A stretch of DNA of 61,553 nt, filler included, from Nitrospirae bacterium CG2_30_53_67 (GTDB taxonomy: Bacteria > CG2-30-53-67): NCBI GenBank assembly GCA_001873285.1. It is 6 parts of 6 records of this genome, joined end to end, with 100 filler letters (N's around TTAATTAATTAA, not from the genome) between each part and the next. Parts side by side here need not be neighbours in the genome. Positions count along the whole stretch, not along the records: positions 35,760 to 44,289 come from MNYV01000085.1; positions 44,390 to 52,853 come from MNYV01000002.1; 4 more parts are not named here. One strand, 5' to 3'. A program made the position numbers and the translations under genes. Below the pieces are notes generated by a model. That model was given only the letters and a program-made list of their open reading frames with translations, did no database searches and was not told where the DNA came from. Positions 38,935 to 49,768 of this stretch are shown here, piece after piece. Numbering within the stretch: the first letter of the stretch is position 1; the number at the start of each line of letters is the position of its first letter.

Positions 38935-40182
38935 TTAACCCGGGACGCACATGAAAAACAGCAGGGCCAGAGAGAGGACGATCATCAGGATCACGGTCAG
39001 CCATGCCGCCATATTATAGACCCTGGAATTGACGAACTCCCCCATGAGACGCTTGTTGTTCACGAGGCGAAGCATCAGGATCAGGACAAACGGCAGGAGC
39101 AGGCCATTGGCCACCTGGGAGAAAAACATGATCTTCACCAGGGAGATATTGGGGATCAGGATGAAGACGGCCCCCAGGATGATAATGCCGGTGTAGAGGG
39201 AATAGAACTGCGGCGCCTCCCGGAAATGCTTGTTGACCCCCAGTTCCCACCCCATGCCTTCGCAGACCGAATAGGCCGTGGAAAGGGGGAGGATGGAAGC
39301 GGCAAACAGGGAGGCGTTGAAAAGCCCGAACGCAAAGAGCATATAACAATAATCGCCTGCCAGGGGCTTTAAGGCCAGGGCCGCGTCCTTGGCCGTCTCC
39401 ACCATAATGCCGTGTTTGAAGAGGGTGCCGGCACAAACCACGATGATAAAAAAAGCCACGATGTTGACGATAAAGGCGCCGATGATGACATCGAGACGGT
39501 GATAGGCGTACTCCTTGAGCTTGATCCCCTTCTCCACAACCGATGCCTGCTGATAAAACTGCATCCAGGGCGCGATCGTGGTCCCGATCAGGCCGATCAG
39601 CATGACCAGGTAGACCTTGTTCATGTGCAATTGCGGCCGGACCGTCTGCCTGGCGACCTCGGACCAGTCCGGCCTGGTGACAAAACCTGAAATAATGTAG
39701 GAGAGATAAAAGATGCACGCCACCAGGAAGACCTTTTCCACGGATTTATAATTCCCCTTGACCACCAGCCACCAGACGAACAGGGCACAGAGGATGATGA
39801 GCACGGACCTTCTGATCCCGAAGAGGTCCGCGCTGGCTGCGATGCCCGCGAATTCCGCCATGACGTTGCCGATGTTGGCCACGATCAGGACGACCATGGC
39901 ATAAAAAGTGACCTTGACCCCCATTTCCTCCCGGATCAGGTCCGCAAGCCCCTTGCCTGTGACCACGGCCATGCGGCTCGCCATCTCCTGTACCACGATC
40001 AGGACAAAGATGATCGGGATGAAAGACCAGAGCAGGGAGTAGCCGAAATGCGCGCCGGCCACGGTATAGGTGGCGATGCCGCCGGCATCATTGTCCACGT
40101 TGGCCGTGATGATGCCGGGCCCCATGACTGAGATGAATATCCGGATCTTTTTCAGTATGGATTTGGTCCTGGTGTTCAGCAT
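38935..40182 (-). CDS. NRAMP-family divalent metal transporter (Mg-type variant)
   Basis: GPGIITANVDNDAGGIATY and GTTIAPWMQFY (non-canonical vs DPGN/MPH). Confidence 0.88.
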   Translation of the reverse strand: MLNTRTKSILKKIRIFISVMGPGIITANVDNDAGGIATYTVAGAHFGYSLLWSFIPIIFVLIVVQEMASRMAVVTGKGLADLIREEMGVKVTFYAMVVLIVANIGNVMAEFAGIAASADLFGIRRSVLIILCALFVWWLVVKGNYKSVEKVFLVACIFYLSYIISGFVTRPDWSEVARQTVRPQLHMNKVYLVMLIGLIGTTIAPWMQFYQQASVVEKGIKLKEYAYHRLDVIIGAFIVNIVAFFIIVVCAGTLFKHGIMVETAKDAALALKPLAGDYCYMLFAFGLFNASLFAASILPLSTAYSVCEGMGWELGVNKHFREAPQFYSLYTGIIILGAVFILIPNISLVKIMFFSQVANGLLLPFVLILMLRLVNNKRLMGEFVNSRVYNMAAWLTVILMIVLSLALLFFMCVPG

Positions 40183-40185
40183 ATT

Positions 40186-41505
40186 TTAAAGCTGTATCTT
40201 CCTCTTGGCCCTTCGCCATGCAATCGCAACCAGCCGGCTGAAGATGTCATCCATGGTGATAATGCCGATCAGAATATTGGACGCATCCACCACAGGCACG
40301 GCGTTGACCTTGTATTTGTCCATCAGAAGCGCAATCCGCTTCACATCATCCTCGACATGAATCTTGACGGTCTTTTTCAAAGCGGCCTTCATCACTTCGT
40401 CGGGAGGGTCGGCGGTGATCAGGCGGCGAAGTACGGTGGAGCCTGCAAGATGGTTCTCTTTATCCACAATAAAAATATTATGGATGGTTTCGGCCTTCAG
40501 CGTTTTTTCCTTGACGATCTTGAGCGCCTGTTCAATGGTCGCCGTATCCGGTACGGCGATATATTCGGTGGTCATCAGGCCTCCGGCAGACTCCTCGGAG
40601 TAGCCGAGAAGCTTTGAGAGCATCTTGGCGTTCTTGGATTCCATCAGGCCGAGTATCTTGTTCACCGTCCCCTCCGGCAGATCGCCCAGAAAATCCGCCG
40701 CTTCATCCTTGGGTATGTTATTCAATATCTCGACCGCCTCCTTTTCGGACAGATCCTCCAGAAGAGACTTCTGCTCTTTGAAATCCAGGGCGGCGAAGAG
40801 CCGGCTCTTGGTATGGAGATCCAGGACCTTGAACAAGGCGAGCCTGTCCTGCGGGGCGAGATCCAGCATGATTTCGCTCAAGTCCGCGGCCGGAATTTCC
40901 CTGAGCATCTTCTGGGAAACGTCAACCTTGATCGTCTTGCTCACGGGGTTGATGGAGAGGGGCTGGATATGTTTCCAGGTGATGAAACTCGGCTTATTCA
41001 GGTATTCCGAATTTTTATTGAAGATCCTGACCAGCGGGTCGAGGAATTTTTCCAAACCCAGCCTCCGGACAATCCCTCTCAAACCGATGTCCACGTGCGC
41101 CACAACCAGATCCTGTTTGGCCTGAAGAAACTGGATATCGTTGACACGGATGACATTCTGGTTGTTGGTATCGACCACCTGCTGGTCCAGAATGTCCTGA
41201 CGGATGGAAAGATCGCTGTGGTTGTTGATGGATGAAGAAAATTTCAGATCAGAAGCCGGGAGGTTCAGCCGGATGACGTGTTGGGTTATCTCAGAGATCC
41301 CGCTCCAGTCCACCGAAGCCCAGGATTTATGGAATCCCCCGGCCTCGACAATCAGGGTCTTGGACCTTGCGTACTTCCCCAGCGGCTCGATGATGATATC
41401 ATGCAGAACCCCCTGAGGTTGATTGTCCTTATCAAAGACTCTCGCGCCCTGAAGCTCCGAGAAATAAACAAACATGAAATTGGGCTTCTGATTTTCAAGG
41501 GCCAT
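40186..41505 (-). CDS. PRC-barrel + MgtE intracellular N-domain + CBS pair protein
   Basis: ILDQQVVD...RVND, SAGGLMTTEY, GIITMDD; no TM domain. Confidence 0.85.
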   Translation of the reverse strand: MALENQKPNFMFVYFSELQGARVFDKDNQPQGVLHDIIIEPLGKYARSKTLIVEAGGFHKSWASVDWSGISEITQHVIRLNLPASDLKFSSSINNHSDLSIRQDILDQQVVDTNNQNVIRVNDIQFLQAKQDLVVAHVDIGLRGIVRRLGLEKFLDPLVRIFNKNSEYLNKPSFITWKHIQPLSINPVSKTIKVDVSQKMLREIPAADLSEIMLDLAPQDRLALFKVLDLHTKSRLFAALDFKEQKSLLEDLSEKEAVEILNNIPKDEAADFLGDLPEGTVNKILGLMESKNAKMLSKLLGYSEESAGGLMTTEYIAVPDTATIEQALKIVKEKTLKAETIHNIFIVDKENHLAGSTVLRRLITADPPDEVMKAALKKTVKIHVEDDVKRIALLMDKYKVNAVPVVDASNILIGIITMDDIFSRLVAIAWRRAKRKIQL

Positions 41506-41697
41506 GGATCACTCTTATTCATTTCCTGAGAAGGTTTTACTCATAGAACGACTTCAATCTCTTTGGTGACAAGACCTGGTTTTGTCTTTATCACATTCAC
41601 TTTTTCAAGACCATCCTTTTTTAACTTATCAGCGGCAGGATCTCATGTCAAGATATCAACCAGATATTCGGCCGAGACCGTACCGAAACCGGGAATC

Positions 41698-42012
41698 TCA
41701 AGATTGAACATCCTCCTCCCCCTTCCAGTGATTGGAATCCTCCCTCAGGGCCCGGTCGCACTGCACACCCGCATTCTCTTCCAGCAGCCGCTTGAAACGG
41801 GGCCGGTAGATCAGCTCAAACTCCTCGTTCTTGTCCGGAAACAAAATGAGAACATTCCTTCGGGTTTCTTCGATAAACTCCAAGGCCTCCCGTTCGGAAA
41901 GGGGGTCTTCCGTAAGAATCCGTGCCGCTTTGTCAACCATCTTTCTCAGCCGGCGCATCTTCTCTTCTTCATCCCGATATCCTCGACCGTATGCAGCAGA
42001 TTCCTCACTCAT
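41698..42012 (-). CDS. Small hypothetical protein
   Basis: ATGA overlap with upstream gene; LFPDKNEEFELIYRPRFKRL. Confidence 0.7.
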   Translation of the reverse strand: MSEESAAYGRGYRDEEEKMRRLRKMVDKAARILTEDPLSEREALEFIEETRRNVLILFPDKNEEFELIYRPRFKRLLEENAGVQCDRALREDSNHWKGEEDVQS

Positions 42013-43304
42013 GACATTCCCTTCTTTTTTTGCAGCCGCCGGAGCCTGTATTCGATCTCCCCGATCTCTTCGGGGCTGAGCGAAAATACACTGAAGGCCC
42101 TGGAGGCGTACTCCGCCGCCCGGTCGTAATCCTTCCCGTTGTGTTCATAATGCTTGGCGAGTTCGATCAGGGGAAAGGTCTCCCGGACCGGGTCGATTGC
42201 GACCATATCCCGCCAGGCCTTGACCGCAAGAGCGTCCCTTCCGCTTCTCTTGTAGGTCAGTGAGAGGAATTTCAGGATTTCCCATTCTCTTTCCGAATAG
42301 GCGCAGGACTCCAGGGCGGAGACAAAGCATGCCGCGGCCTCATCGAACCTTCCCCCCTCCAGATGGATCCTCCCCAAGGAATACTGTTCCATCCCGTCCA
42401 TGCGGCACGACGTGGTATGATCGCTGATCCTCCGTTGAATTAGAATCGTCAGGGCGACCAGGGTCAGGATGTCCAATCGGTTATGGTAAAAGACCCGTTT
42501 TAGCCGGGTGGGATCCTTGCCCTGAAGATACTGGAAATAGATTCCGGGGATCATCTCTCCTGCGACGTCATCCACGCGTTCAAGGCCTAAAAGCTCACGC
42601 TCCAGATTGGAAAGCCGGCAGCTATCGAGGCTCCTTTTCCATATTCTCCTGGCCGGATAGAGGAGATCGAGGTGCGGCAGGGCCAGGACGTCGGGTTGGA
42701 GCCTCGAAAGGATGAAGCGGGCCTCAAGAAGAGGGAGGTCAAAAGACTTTCCGTTAAAACTGACCAGGTACCGGAACCTCCTGAGCCGCTCCCGGAGCAG
42801 CGTGAGCATCTCCCTCTCCTCGGACTGGTCCCGCATCAGAAACTGTTCCACCACAAACTCTCCCTGGTCAAAGAAACCGATTCCGACCAGAAAGGCATAG
42901 GTCCCGGTCCCCCCGGAAAGGCCCGTGGTTTCGGTATCCATGAAGACCGTCTCATCCGGATGCATGCCATAGAGATCCGGGTGGGTTAAGAGCTCCCCGA
43001 ATATATCAAGCGATACATGATAGATATCTTCCAATTGTATGTTTCCATGCAGATATCCTGCTTCATGTCCATGGCGCGCCACGAAGATTTCCGAAGATTC
43101 CACGGCATGGAGATCCCCGGGGACGATCTCCTCGATTGCAGGGCCCTGGTAAGGGCCCTCTCTCCTCCTCCGCTCCAGGACGGGCTTCTGCATAACCCGG
43201 CCGATCCGTGAACGAAGCTCGGAGATGAGATCTTCCTTTGGATCCCGCCTGACCGATGGGGCCGCTGATTTGAGCCGGTCCAATCTTTGTCTGATTTCGC
43301 TCAT
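42009..43304 (-). CDS. YprB/MrfB-like RNase H-fold exonuclease with TPR
   Basis: FMDTETTGL, SFNGKSFD, HLDLL, HNRLD. Confidence 0.88.
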   Translation of the reverse strand: MSEIRQRLDRLKSAAPSVRRDPKEDLISELRSRIGRVMQKPVLERRRREGPYQGPAIEEIVPGDLHAVESSEIFVARHGHEAGYLHGNIQLEDIYHVSLDIFGELLTHPDLYGMHPDETVFMDTETTGLSGGTGTYAFLVGIGFFDQGEFVVEQFLMRDQSEEREMLTLLRERLRRFRYLVSFNGKSFDLPLLEARFILSRLQPDVLALPHLDLLYPARRIWKRSLDSCRLSNLERELLGLERVDDVAGEMIPGIYFQYLQGKDPTRLKRVFYHNRLDILTLVALTILIQRRISDHTTSCRMDGMEQYSLGRIHLEGGRFDEAAACFVSALESCAYSEREWEILKFLSLTYKRSGRDALAVKAWRDMVAIDPVRETFPLIELAKHYEHNGKDYDRAAEYASRAFSVFSLSPEEIGEIEYRLRRLQKKKGMS

Positions 43305-44289
43305 GTCCGGATCAACCTCAGGATTGAGAGTGCTGTTTCTTTGGCCATGGCCCCCACTTCATTCACCGGCCCCACACAGGAGGGACACCCTTCCCTGCAA
43401 GAACAGTTCATGATCAGGGACTCGGTCTCCTTTAAAAGCGTATCATGGAGATCATAGAGCTTGGACGCAAACCCGACCCCACCGGGAAAGGCATCATACA
43501 GGAAGAGGGTGGGGTCAAAGGCGCCGGGGTCCTCCATGCCGGCCGATTCATCCACGGGCACAATCCCTTTACCTCCCTGGACCGACCATTTCCCATGCCG
43601 GTCACCCACGGCCCGGTCCAGGTCCCGGACATCACACATCAGGTGGAGCACGGCGATGTGATGCAGGGCATGGGCGATCCCGAGGATCCCGTCCATGAGG
43701 GTCCCGCGTTCGTAAGGGAGCCCAAGGAGAGCGTCCGAAGGGATTGTGCACCAGTAGGCCGTGGTGTGCAGGTCCAGGTCCGGGAGGTTCACCTCCCCGT
43801 ACCCCAGATTTTCCGAGGTGAAGAAACGGATCTTCTTGTATCCGACCACCTTGCGCGCCACATGGACCTCGCCGTGGGCCCTGCTGCAATGGCGGCCGTC
43901 CTCTGATTCGAAGACCTCAAGCGCCTGCACCCTCGTGTAGGTCATGGCATCGGTGTAGTAGTCCACGTCGGCCTTCTTCACGAAGGCCTGCCGGTTTGCG
44001 AAGTCGAGTTTTTCCACGATGTACGGCCTGGACTCCAGGAGATAAATGGCCCCTTCATGGAGGGTGACCGGGGCGGATGTGAAGTCGACCTCGGCAATGG
44101 TCACGGGCTTCGCGGGATCGGTCCGGTCCGTGACCACGAAGTTCTCCTCCGGGATATTCCGGAGGCTCACGGCATTGGCGGGATAGGCGTCCCTGTTCCA
44201 GTGATACCGCTCTCCGGCCCGGTGGAGGACCTGCTCTTCTTCAAGGTATTTCAGGATCTCGTCCAGGTCTTCGCCTCCGAAGGCCTCCC
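43301..44289 (-). CDS. MrfA/YprA-like DEAD/DEAH helicase C-terminus with DUF1998 (5' truncated)
   Basis: HEGAIYL, LYDAFPGGVG, CSCREGCPSC; frame open to the contig edge. Confidence 0.88.
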
Positions 44290-44389
44290 NNNNNNNNNNN
44301 NNNNNNNNNNNNNNNNNNNNNNNNNNNNNNNNNTTAATTAATTAANNNNNNNNNNNNNNNNNNNNNNNNNNNNNNNNNNNNNNNNNNNN
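44290..44389. other. Artificial contig spacer
   Basis: N-run + TTAATTAATTAA + N-run. Confidence 0.99.
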
Positions 44390-45258
44390 CGATCTTCGCC
44401 ACCAACACTTCCTCGCTTTCCGTGACCGAACTGGCCAAGGCCTCCGAACATCCGGACAAGGTCGTGGGGATGCATTTCTTCAACCCGGTGGACAAGATGC
44501 CCCTGGTCGAAGTGATCCGAGGGGATCTGACCTCGGATGAGACCGTGGCTGCGATTGTGGCGCTCGGGAAGAAGCTGGGAAAGACCCCGATCGTGGTCAA
44601 GGACCGGGAAGGATTCCTGGTCAATCGGATTTTGATGCCTTACCTGAACGAAGGGGCGCTTTTGCTTGAAGACGGCGTGGAGATCAAGACCATCGACCGG
44701 CTGATGCTCCATTTCGGGATGCCCATGGGGGTCTTTATCCTTCTCGATCAGATCGGTCTGGATGTTGCCATGAAGGTCGCCGGGATCCTGCACCAGGCCT
44801 ATGGAGATCGGATGCGCCCCTCTGTGATCCTGTCCAAGATGGTGGAGGCCGGACGGCTCGGCAAGAAAAACGGCAAGGGGTTTTACGCCTATAAAGGGAG
44901 AGAGCGGTTCGTGGCACAGGAGACTCTCGGCCTGATTTCCGGAATCCGCAAGGGCAGCCCCCCTCTCTTGGAAAAGGAGATCTCCGGACGGCTCATTCTC
45001 ACCATGATCAACGAGGCGGCCATGATCTTGTCCGAAGGGATCGCGGACCGGCCCTCGGTCGTGGATGCCGGGATGATCTTCGGAACCGGTTTCCCGCCGT
45101 TCCGAGGCGGCCTGCTCAGATATGCAGACGAAATCGGCATGGAGAAGATCCGGAAAGACCTCGAAGGATTTGCCGGGAGATTCGGGGATCGTTTCAAGCC
45201 GGCGGATTTGATCGTGAAGATGGCCGAGAAGAAAGAGCTCTTCTACCCGGAAAATTAA
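44390..45258 (+). CDS. 3-hydroxyacyl-CoA dehydrogenase part of FadJ/FadB (5' truncated)
   Basis: ATNTSSL, GMHFFNPVDKMPLVE, GFLVNR, GTGFPPFRGG. Confidence 0.9.
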
Positions 45259-45559
45259 AAAAGGGGGACTCCCAGAGGTTGACCATGCCGGGTGTATGCG
45301 GTTAACCGAAATGCTTTACCTCTAACTCCCCCTTGCACCCGTCAGAGGGATAACTCCCCCCGACCCCCTCTTAAATAAGAGGGGGAGACCCCCTTGTAGT
45401 AAGGGGAGGAGGGGAGGGGTTAAGGGGAGGGTGTTTTTAACTTTTTACGAATAGGCCCCTTTGAGGGGCCGGCAAACGTCAAGCATCCAGCTTTGCCGGA
45501 GGTTGATGACTCTTCAAAACGTTCAAACCCTTTGAACGTTTATTTATAAGGAGCGCCTT

Positions 45560-47275
45560 ATGGCCCATGTAGAGCAGAGAAGCTATTGCAAGGCCCTGTT
45601 CGAAGGGAAGATCGAGGAGGACATCGTTTTTCCTTTTCCCCATCTTCAAGGGGAGGAGAGGGAAAGCCTCAACATGGTCATTGACTCCGTAGCCAAGTTC
45701 TGCAGGGATAAAATCAAACCGGATGTCATCGACAGAGAAAAACGGATCCCCAAGGATGTGATGAAGGGGTTATCCGAACTGGGACTCATGGGGATGGTCA
45801 TCCCCGAAGCGTACGGGGGGTTCTCACTCTCCCAGCGGGGGTATTGCAGGGTGATCGAGGAACTCTCCAGGACCAGCGCCTCGGTCGCCGTGACCGTGGG
45901 CGGGCATCAGTCCATCGGGCTCAAAGGAATTCTCCTTTATGGCACTGAGGATCAGAAGAAGAAATACCTTCCGAGACTGGCCTCCGGAGAATGGATTGCG
46001 GCCTTTTGTCTGACAGAGCCCGGCGCCGGGTCCGATGCCCAGAGCCAGAAAACCACGGCCGTGCGCAAGGGGGACCATTATATTTTAAACGGATCCAAGC
46101 AGTGGGTCACCAACGGGGGCATCGCGGATTTATATACGGTCTTCGCCCAGACAGAGGTTCTCGTGAAGGGGGCGAAGAAGAACCGGATCTCCGCCTTGAT
46201 TGTGACCAGGGATCTGGACGGGATCACCATCGGACCTGAAGAGAAGAAGATGGGAATCCGGGGGTCCTCCACCACGCCGGTGATCTTTGAGAATGTCAAG
46301 GTCCCGGTGGAGAACCTTCTGGGGCAGGAAGGGAACGGATTCAAGACGGCCATGGAGATCCTGAACTCGGGCCGCCTGGGGCTGGCCTCGGGATGCGTGG
46401 GCGCAGCACGGACCATGATCCAGTCATCGCTGTCTCATGCCGGGGAGCGGGAACAGTTCGGAAAGAAGATCTCCGAATTCGAGATGATCCGGGAGAAAAT
46501 CGCCCGCATGACCGTGAACACCTATGCCATGGAGAGTGTCACCTACATGACCGCCGGCCTCGTGGACCGCGGGGACGTGGACTTTTCCATGGAGTCCGCC
46601 GTTTCCAAGGTCTTCTGCACCGAACGGTTGTGGGAGCTGATCAACGATGCCCTCCAGATCATGGGCGGGAACGGCTACATGGAGGAATACCCCCATGGGC
46701 GTTTCCTGAGGGATTCCCGCATCAATATGATCTTTGAAGGGACCAACGAGATCCTCCGTCTTTTCATCGCCCTCTCCGGGCTTCAGAGGCCGGGTGAGGT
46801 CCTCAAGGAGGTGGCCAAGGCCATTCAGGACCCCCTGCACAACTTCGGACAGCTTGCGGATTATGCCGTGAAAAAGATCACCTCCCTGGCCGGAGACCGG
46901 ATCACGCTGGCCGAACATCTGCTGGAGGATGAATACAGCCGTGTGGAAGAATATACACGGCATCTATCCGAGGTCGCCGAGAAGGTGATCCGCCGTTATA
47001 AAAAGAAAATCGTTGAGAAAGAATTCGTCCTGGAACGGATCGCAGAGATGGTCATGGATCTCTATGTCATGACCTGTGTGATATCGAGGGTCAGCTCCGC
47101 CATCAAGGAGAAGGGCGCGGACAAGGCCTCGGATGAGATCAATATATGCAGGACCTTCTGCAATTTCGCCTGGCGCAGGGTCCGGAAGAACAGCCGAATG
47201 ATCGACCGGAACGATGATGAGATCCTGACCGCCGTCTCGGGCAAAACCATCGAAAAGGGGGCCTATCCGTTTTAA
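45560..47275 (+). CDS. Long-chain acyl-CoA dehydrogenase (ACAD9/VLCAD-like)
   Basis: FCLTEPGAGSDA, KMGIRGS, QIMGGNGYM, IFEGTNEI, C-terminal extension. Confidence 0.92.
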   Translation: MAHVEQRSYCKALFEGKIEEDIVFPFPHLQGEERESLNMVIDSVAKFCRDKIKPDVIDREKRIPKDVMKGLSELGLMGMVIPEAYGGFSLSQRGYCRVIEELSRTSASVAVTVGGHQSIGLKGILLYGTEDQKKKYLPRLASGEWIAAFCLTEPGAGSDAQSQKTTAVRKGDHYILNGSKQWVTNGGIADLYTVFAQTEVLVKGAKKNRISALIVTRDLDGITIGPEEKKMGIRGSSTTPVIFENVKVPVENLLGQEGNGFKTAMEILNSGRLGLASGCVGAARTMIQSSLSHAGEREQFGKKISEFEMIREKIARMTVNTYAMESVTYMTAGLVDRGDVDFSMESAVSKVFCTERLWELINDALQIMGGNGYMEEYPHGRFLRDSRINMIFEGTNEILRLFIALSGLQRPGEVLKEVAKAIQDPLHNFGQLADYAVKKITSLAGDRITLAEHLLEDEYSRVEEYTRHLSEVAEKVIRRYKKKIVEKEFVLERIAEMVMDLYVMTCVISRVSSAIKEKGADKASDEINICRTFCNFAWRRVRKNSRMIDRNDDEILTAVSGKTIEKGAYPF

Positions 47276-47289
47276 ACAGAATCTTTTTT

Positions 47290-47331
47290 GATGGTCTCGT
47301 AAAAAGTTTTTAGACTTTTTACGAGTTCATC
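47290..47331. repeat. Minimal inverted repeat (tcgtaaaaagt/actttttacga)
   Basis: gatggtctcgtaaaaagt...actttttacgagttcatc. Confidence 0.6.
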
Positions 47332-47354
47332 TTCTTTGGTTATCGGCAATAAAA

Positions 47355-48533
47355 ATGGCTCACGGCCTGGAGATGAACATGGACTTTGAATGGACCGAAG
47401 AGCAGCGCATGATCCGGGAGATGGTGAGAAAGTTCACGGATCAGGAGGTGAGGCCTCTCGCGGCTGAGATCGACAGGAAAGAGGAGATTCCGGCTCAGCT
47501 TCTTAAAAAAGGGGTGGAAAACGGCCTGATGGGGATCGCGATCCCGGAGGCTTATGGAGGGAGCGGATTCGGCGAGGTGGGTTATTGCATCATGATGGAG
47601 GAACTCTCCCATGGGTGCGCGAGCTTCGCCATCACCATCGCCGCACACCAGAGCATCGGGTGCATGCCGATCCTGCTGGATGGGACCGAGGAGCAGAAGC
47701 AGAAATTTCTGGTTCCGATGGCCAGAGGGGAGAAGCTCGGGGCATTCGCCCTGACCGAACCCGGCGCCGGTTCCGATGCGGGAAGCATCCGCACCACCGC
47801 CGTGGAGGATGGAGACGACTTTGTCATCAACGGGAGCAAAATCTGGATCACCAACGGGGGGATCGCCGACATCATGATCCTGTACGCTGCTACCGATCCT
47901 GGGAAAGGCGGAAGGGGAGGGATCACCGCATTCATTGTCCCCACCGACACCCCCGGTTTCACCGTGGGGACCCTGGAAAAAAAGATGGGGATTCGGGGCT
48001 CCAATACGGCGGAACTGATTTTTGAAAACATGCGGATACCCCGTTCCCATGTGCTGGGAAAGTCAGGGGATGGGTTTAAAAACGCCATGGCGACCCTGGG
48101 CTATGGGAGGCTGGGGCTGGGCGCCGCGGCCGTAGGGGCCGGGAAGGAGATGCTCAATCTTTCGGTGCGGCATGCGCAGGAACGCCGGCAGTTCGGCAAA
48201 CCCATCGCGGATCAGCAGATCATTCAGTTCTATCTCGCCGAGATGGCGGCGAAGATCTACGCCATGGAGAGCATGGTTTATCGCACGGCGTCCATGGCCG
48301 ACCGGGGGGAGAAATTCAGCCGGGAGTCTGCAACGGTCAAATTTCTCTGCACCGAATGGCAGGACTGGATCGTGGACCGCGCCATGCAGATCCACGGGGG
48401 CATGGGATACATGACCCACATGCCCATTGAACGTTTTTACCGGGATTCCCGGATCAACCGGATCTTTGAGGGGACCAACGAGATCCAGCATCTGGTGATT
48501 GCAAGGGACGTGCTTAAGAAAGGGAGGTACTGA
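47355..48533 (+). CDS. Acyl-CoA dehydrogenase (start may be 47372/47378)
   Basis: FALTEPGAGSDA, RQFGKPI, QIHGGMGY, IFEGTNEI. Confidence 0.93.
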   Translation: MAHGLEMNMDFEWTEEQRMIREMVRKFTDQEVRPLAAEIDRKEEIPAQLLKKGVENGLMGIAIPEAYGGSGFGEVGYCIMMEELSHGCASFAITIAAHQSIGCMPILLDGTEEQKQKFLVPMARGEKLGAFALTEPGAGSDAGSIRTTAVEDGDDFVINGSKIWITNGGIADIMILYAATDPGKGGRGGITAFIVPTDTPGFTVGTLEKKMGIRGSNTAELIFENMRIPRSHVLGKSGDGFKNAMATLGYGRLGLGAAAVGAGKEMLNLSVRHAQERRQFGKPIADQQIIQFYLAEMAAKIYAMESMVYRTASMADRGEKFSRESATVKFLCTEWQDWIVDRAMQIHGGMGYMTHMPIERFYRDSRINRIFEGTNEIQHLVIARDVLKKGRY

Positions 48534-48573
48534 TCACGGCAAAGTAAAAAATTCATCTGCGGCTATTAAAAGC

Positions 48574-48851
48574 GGATCATCTCCAAAAGAGTGGGTGGAA
48601 ACATAAGGGTTCAAGGGGTCAAGGATTCCAGGGGTCAAGTGAAGTGCTAAAAACATAAGGGGTCGAGGGTCCTAGGGTTCAAGGGTTCCAGTGTTTTTCT
48701 CTGGAGATTTTGCTTGCGTTTCAGTATTTCACCCCGTTAGAGAGCTCGTCTCTCTAACGGGGTTCACTTGAACCCTTGACCCCTTGATTCCTAGAACCCT
48801 ATAGCTCTTCAACCCTCGAATCCTTCTTATCCACTAATTTGGAGAAGACCC
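48574..48851. mobile_element. MITE family B full copy carrying a nested 31-bp hairpin element (48732-48762)
   Basis: TIR ggatcatctccaaaagagtgggt/atccactaatttggagaagaccc; flanks taaaagc/ttaaagc. Confidence 0.85.
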
Positions 48852-48891
48852 TTAAAGCTGAAAGCCGACGGCCTAATTCGAGAGGAGGATC

Positions 48892-49683
48892 ATGAAGATC
48901 ATTGTCTGCGTCAAACAGGTGCCGGATACGGCGGCCCGGATCAGGATCGCGTCCAGCGGAAGAGAGATCGACACGGCGGATCTGACCTATGTGGTCAATC
49001 CCTATGACGAATATGCCGTGGAAGAGGCCCTGCGAATCAAGGAGAAGGCCGGAGGGGAGGTCATTGTGATCTCAATGGGTCCGGACCGAGCGGCTGAGGC
49101 CGTCCGTACCGCACTCGCCATGGGGGCGGACCGGGGGATCCATCTCAAGGACGTCGCCTTCGAGGGATCCGATCCATACACAACGGCCAAACTCCTTGCC
49201 AAGGTCATCTCAGGCATGGAATATGATCTCATCCTCTGCGGCAAGCAGGCCGTGGATGATGATGCCTCATTCGTGGGGCCGGCCCTGGCGGAATTTCTGG
49301 GAATCCCGCAGGCCACGGTGATTACAAAACTCGATCTCTCCGAAGACCGGAAGAGCATCACCGTGGAACGGGAGGTGGAAGGGGGCAAAGAGGCGCTCGA
49401 GCTTCCCCTTCCTGCCCTGGTTACCGCGCAGAAGGGATTGAATGAACCGCGTTATGCATCACTCCCGGGAATCATGAAGGCCAAGAAGAAGGAGATCAAG
49501 GTGATGGATGCCGCGTCCGCCGGGATTTCTCCGGATGAGGTTGGAGAGAAGGGGGCAAAACAGAAACTTCTTTCTCTTTCACTGCCCGCCGAACGGAAAG
49601 GCGGCAAGGTCATTCCGGGTGAGCCTAAAGATGCGGTCAAGGAACTGGTCAGGCTTCTCAAGGAAGAGGCCAAGGCGCTGTAA
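48892..49683 (+). CDS. etfB: Electron transfer flavoprotein beta
   Basis: CVKQVPD, NPYDEYAVEEA, GKQAVD, NEPRY. Confidence 0.95.
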   Translation: MKIIVCVKQVPDTAARIRIASSGREIDTADLTYVVNPYDEYAVEEALRIKEKAGGEVIVISMGPDRAAEAVRTALAMGADRGIHLKDVAFEGSDPYTTAKLLAKVISGMEYDLILCGKQAVDDDASFVGPALAEFLGIPQATVITKLDLSEDRKSITVEREVEGGKEALELPLPALVTAQKGLNEPRYASLPGIMKAKKKEIKVMDAASAGISPDEVGEKGAKQKLLSLSLPAERKGGKVIPGEPKDAVKELVRLLKEEAKAL

Positions 49684-49768
49684 AGAACAGTAGATAGCAG
49701 ACAGTAGATAGGGGACAGGGGGAAACCAACAGAAGGAAACAGGGATACAGGATAGAAGGAGAGGAGAT

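Noticed and set aside
45455..45510. c-di-GMP riboswitch-like GGCAAAC
   Set aside because: Lacks the GAAA tetraloop/GCAAAG pattern; only a simple ccggcaaa/tttgccgg hairpin.
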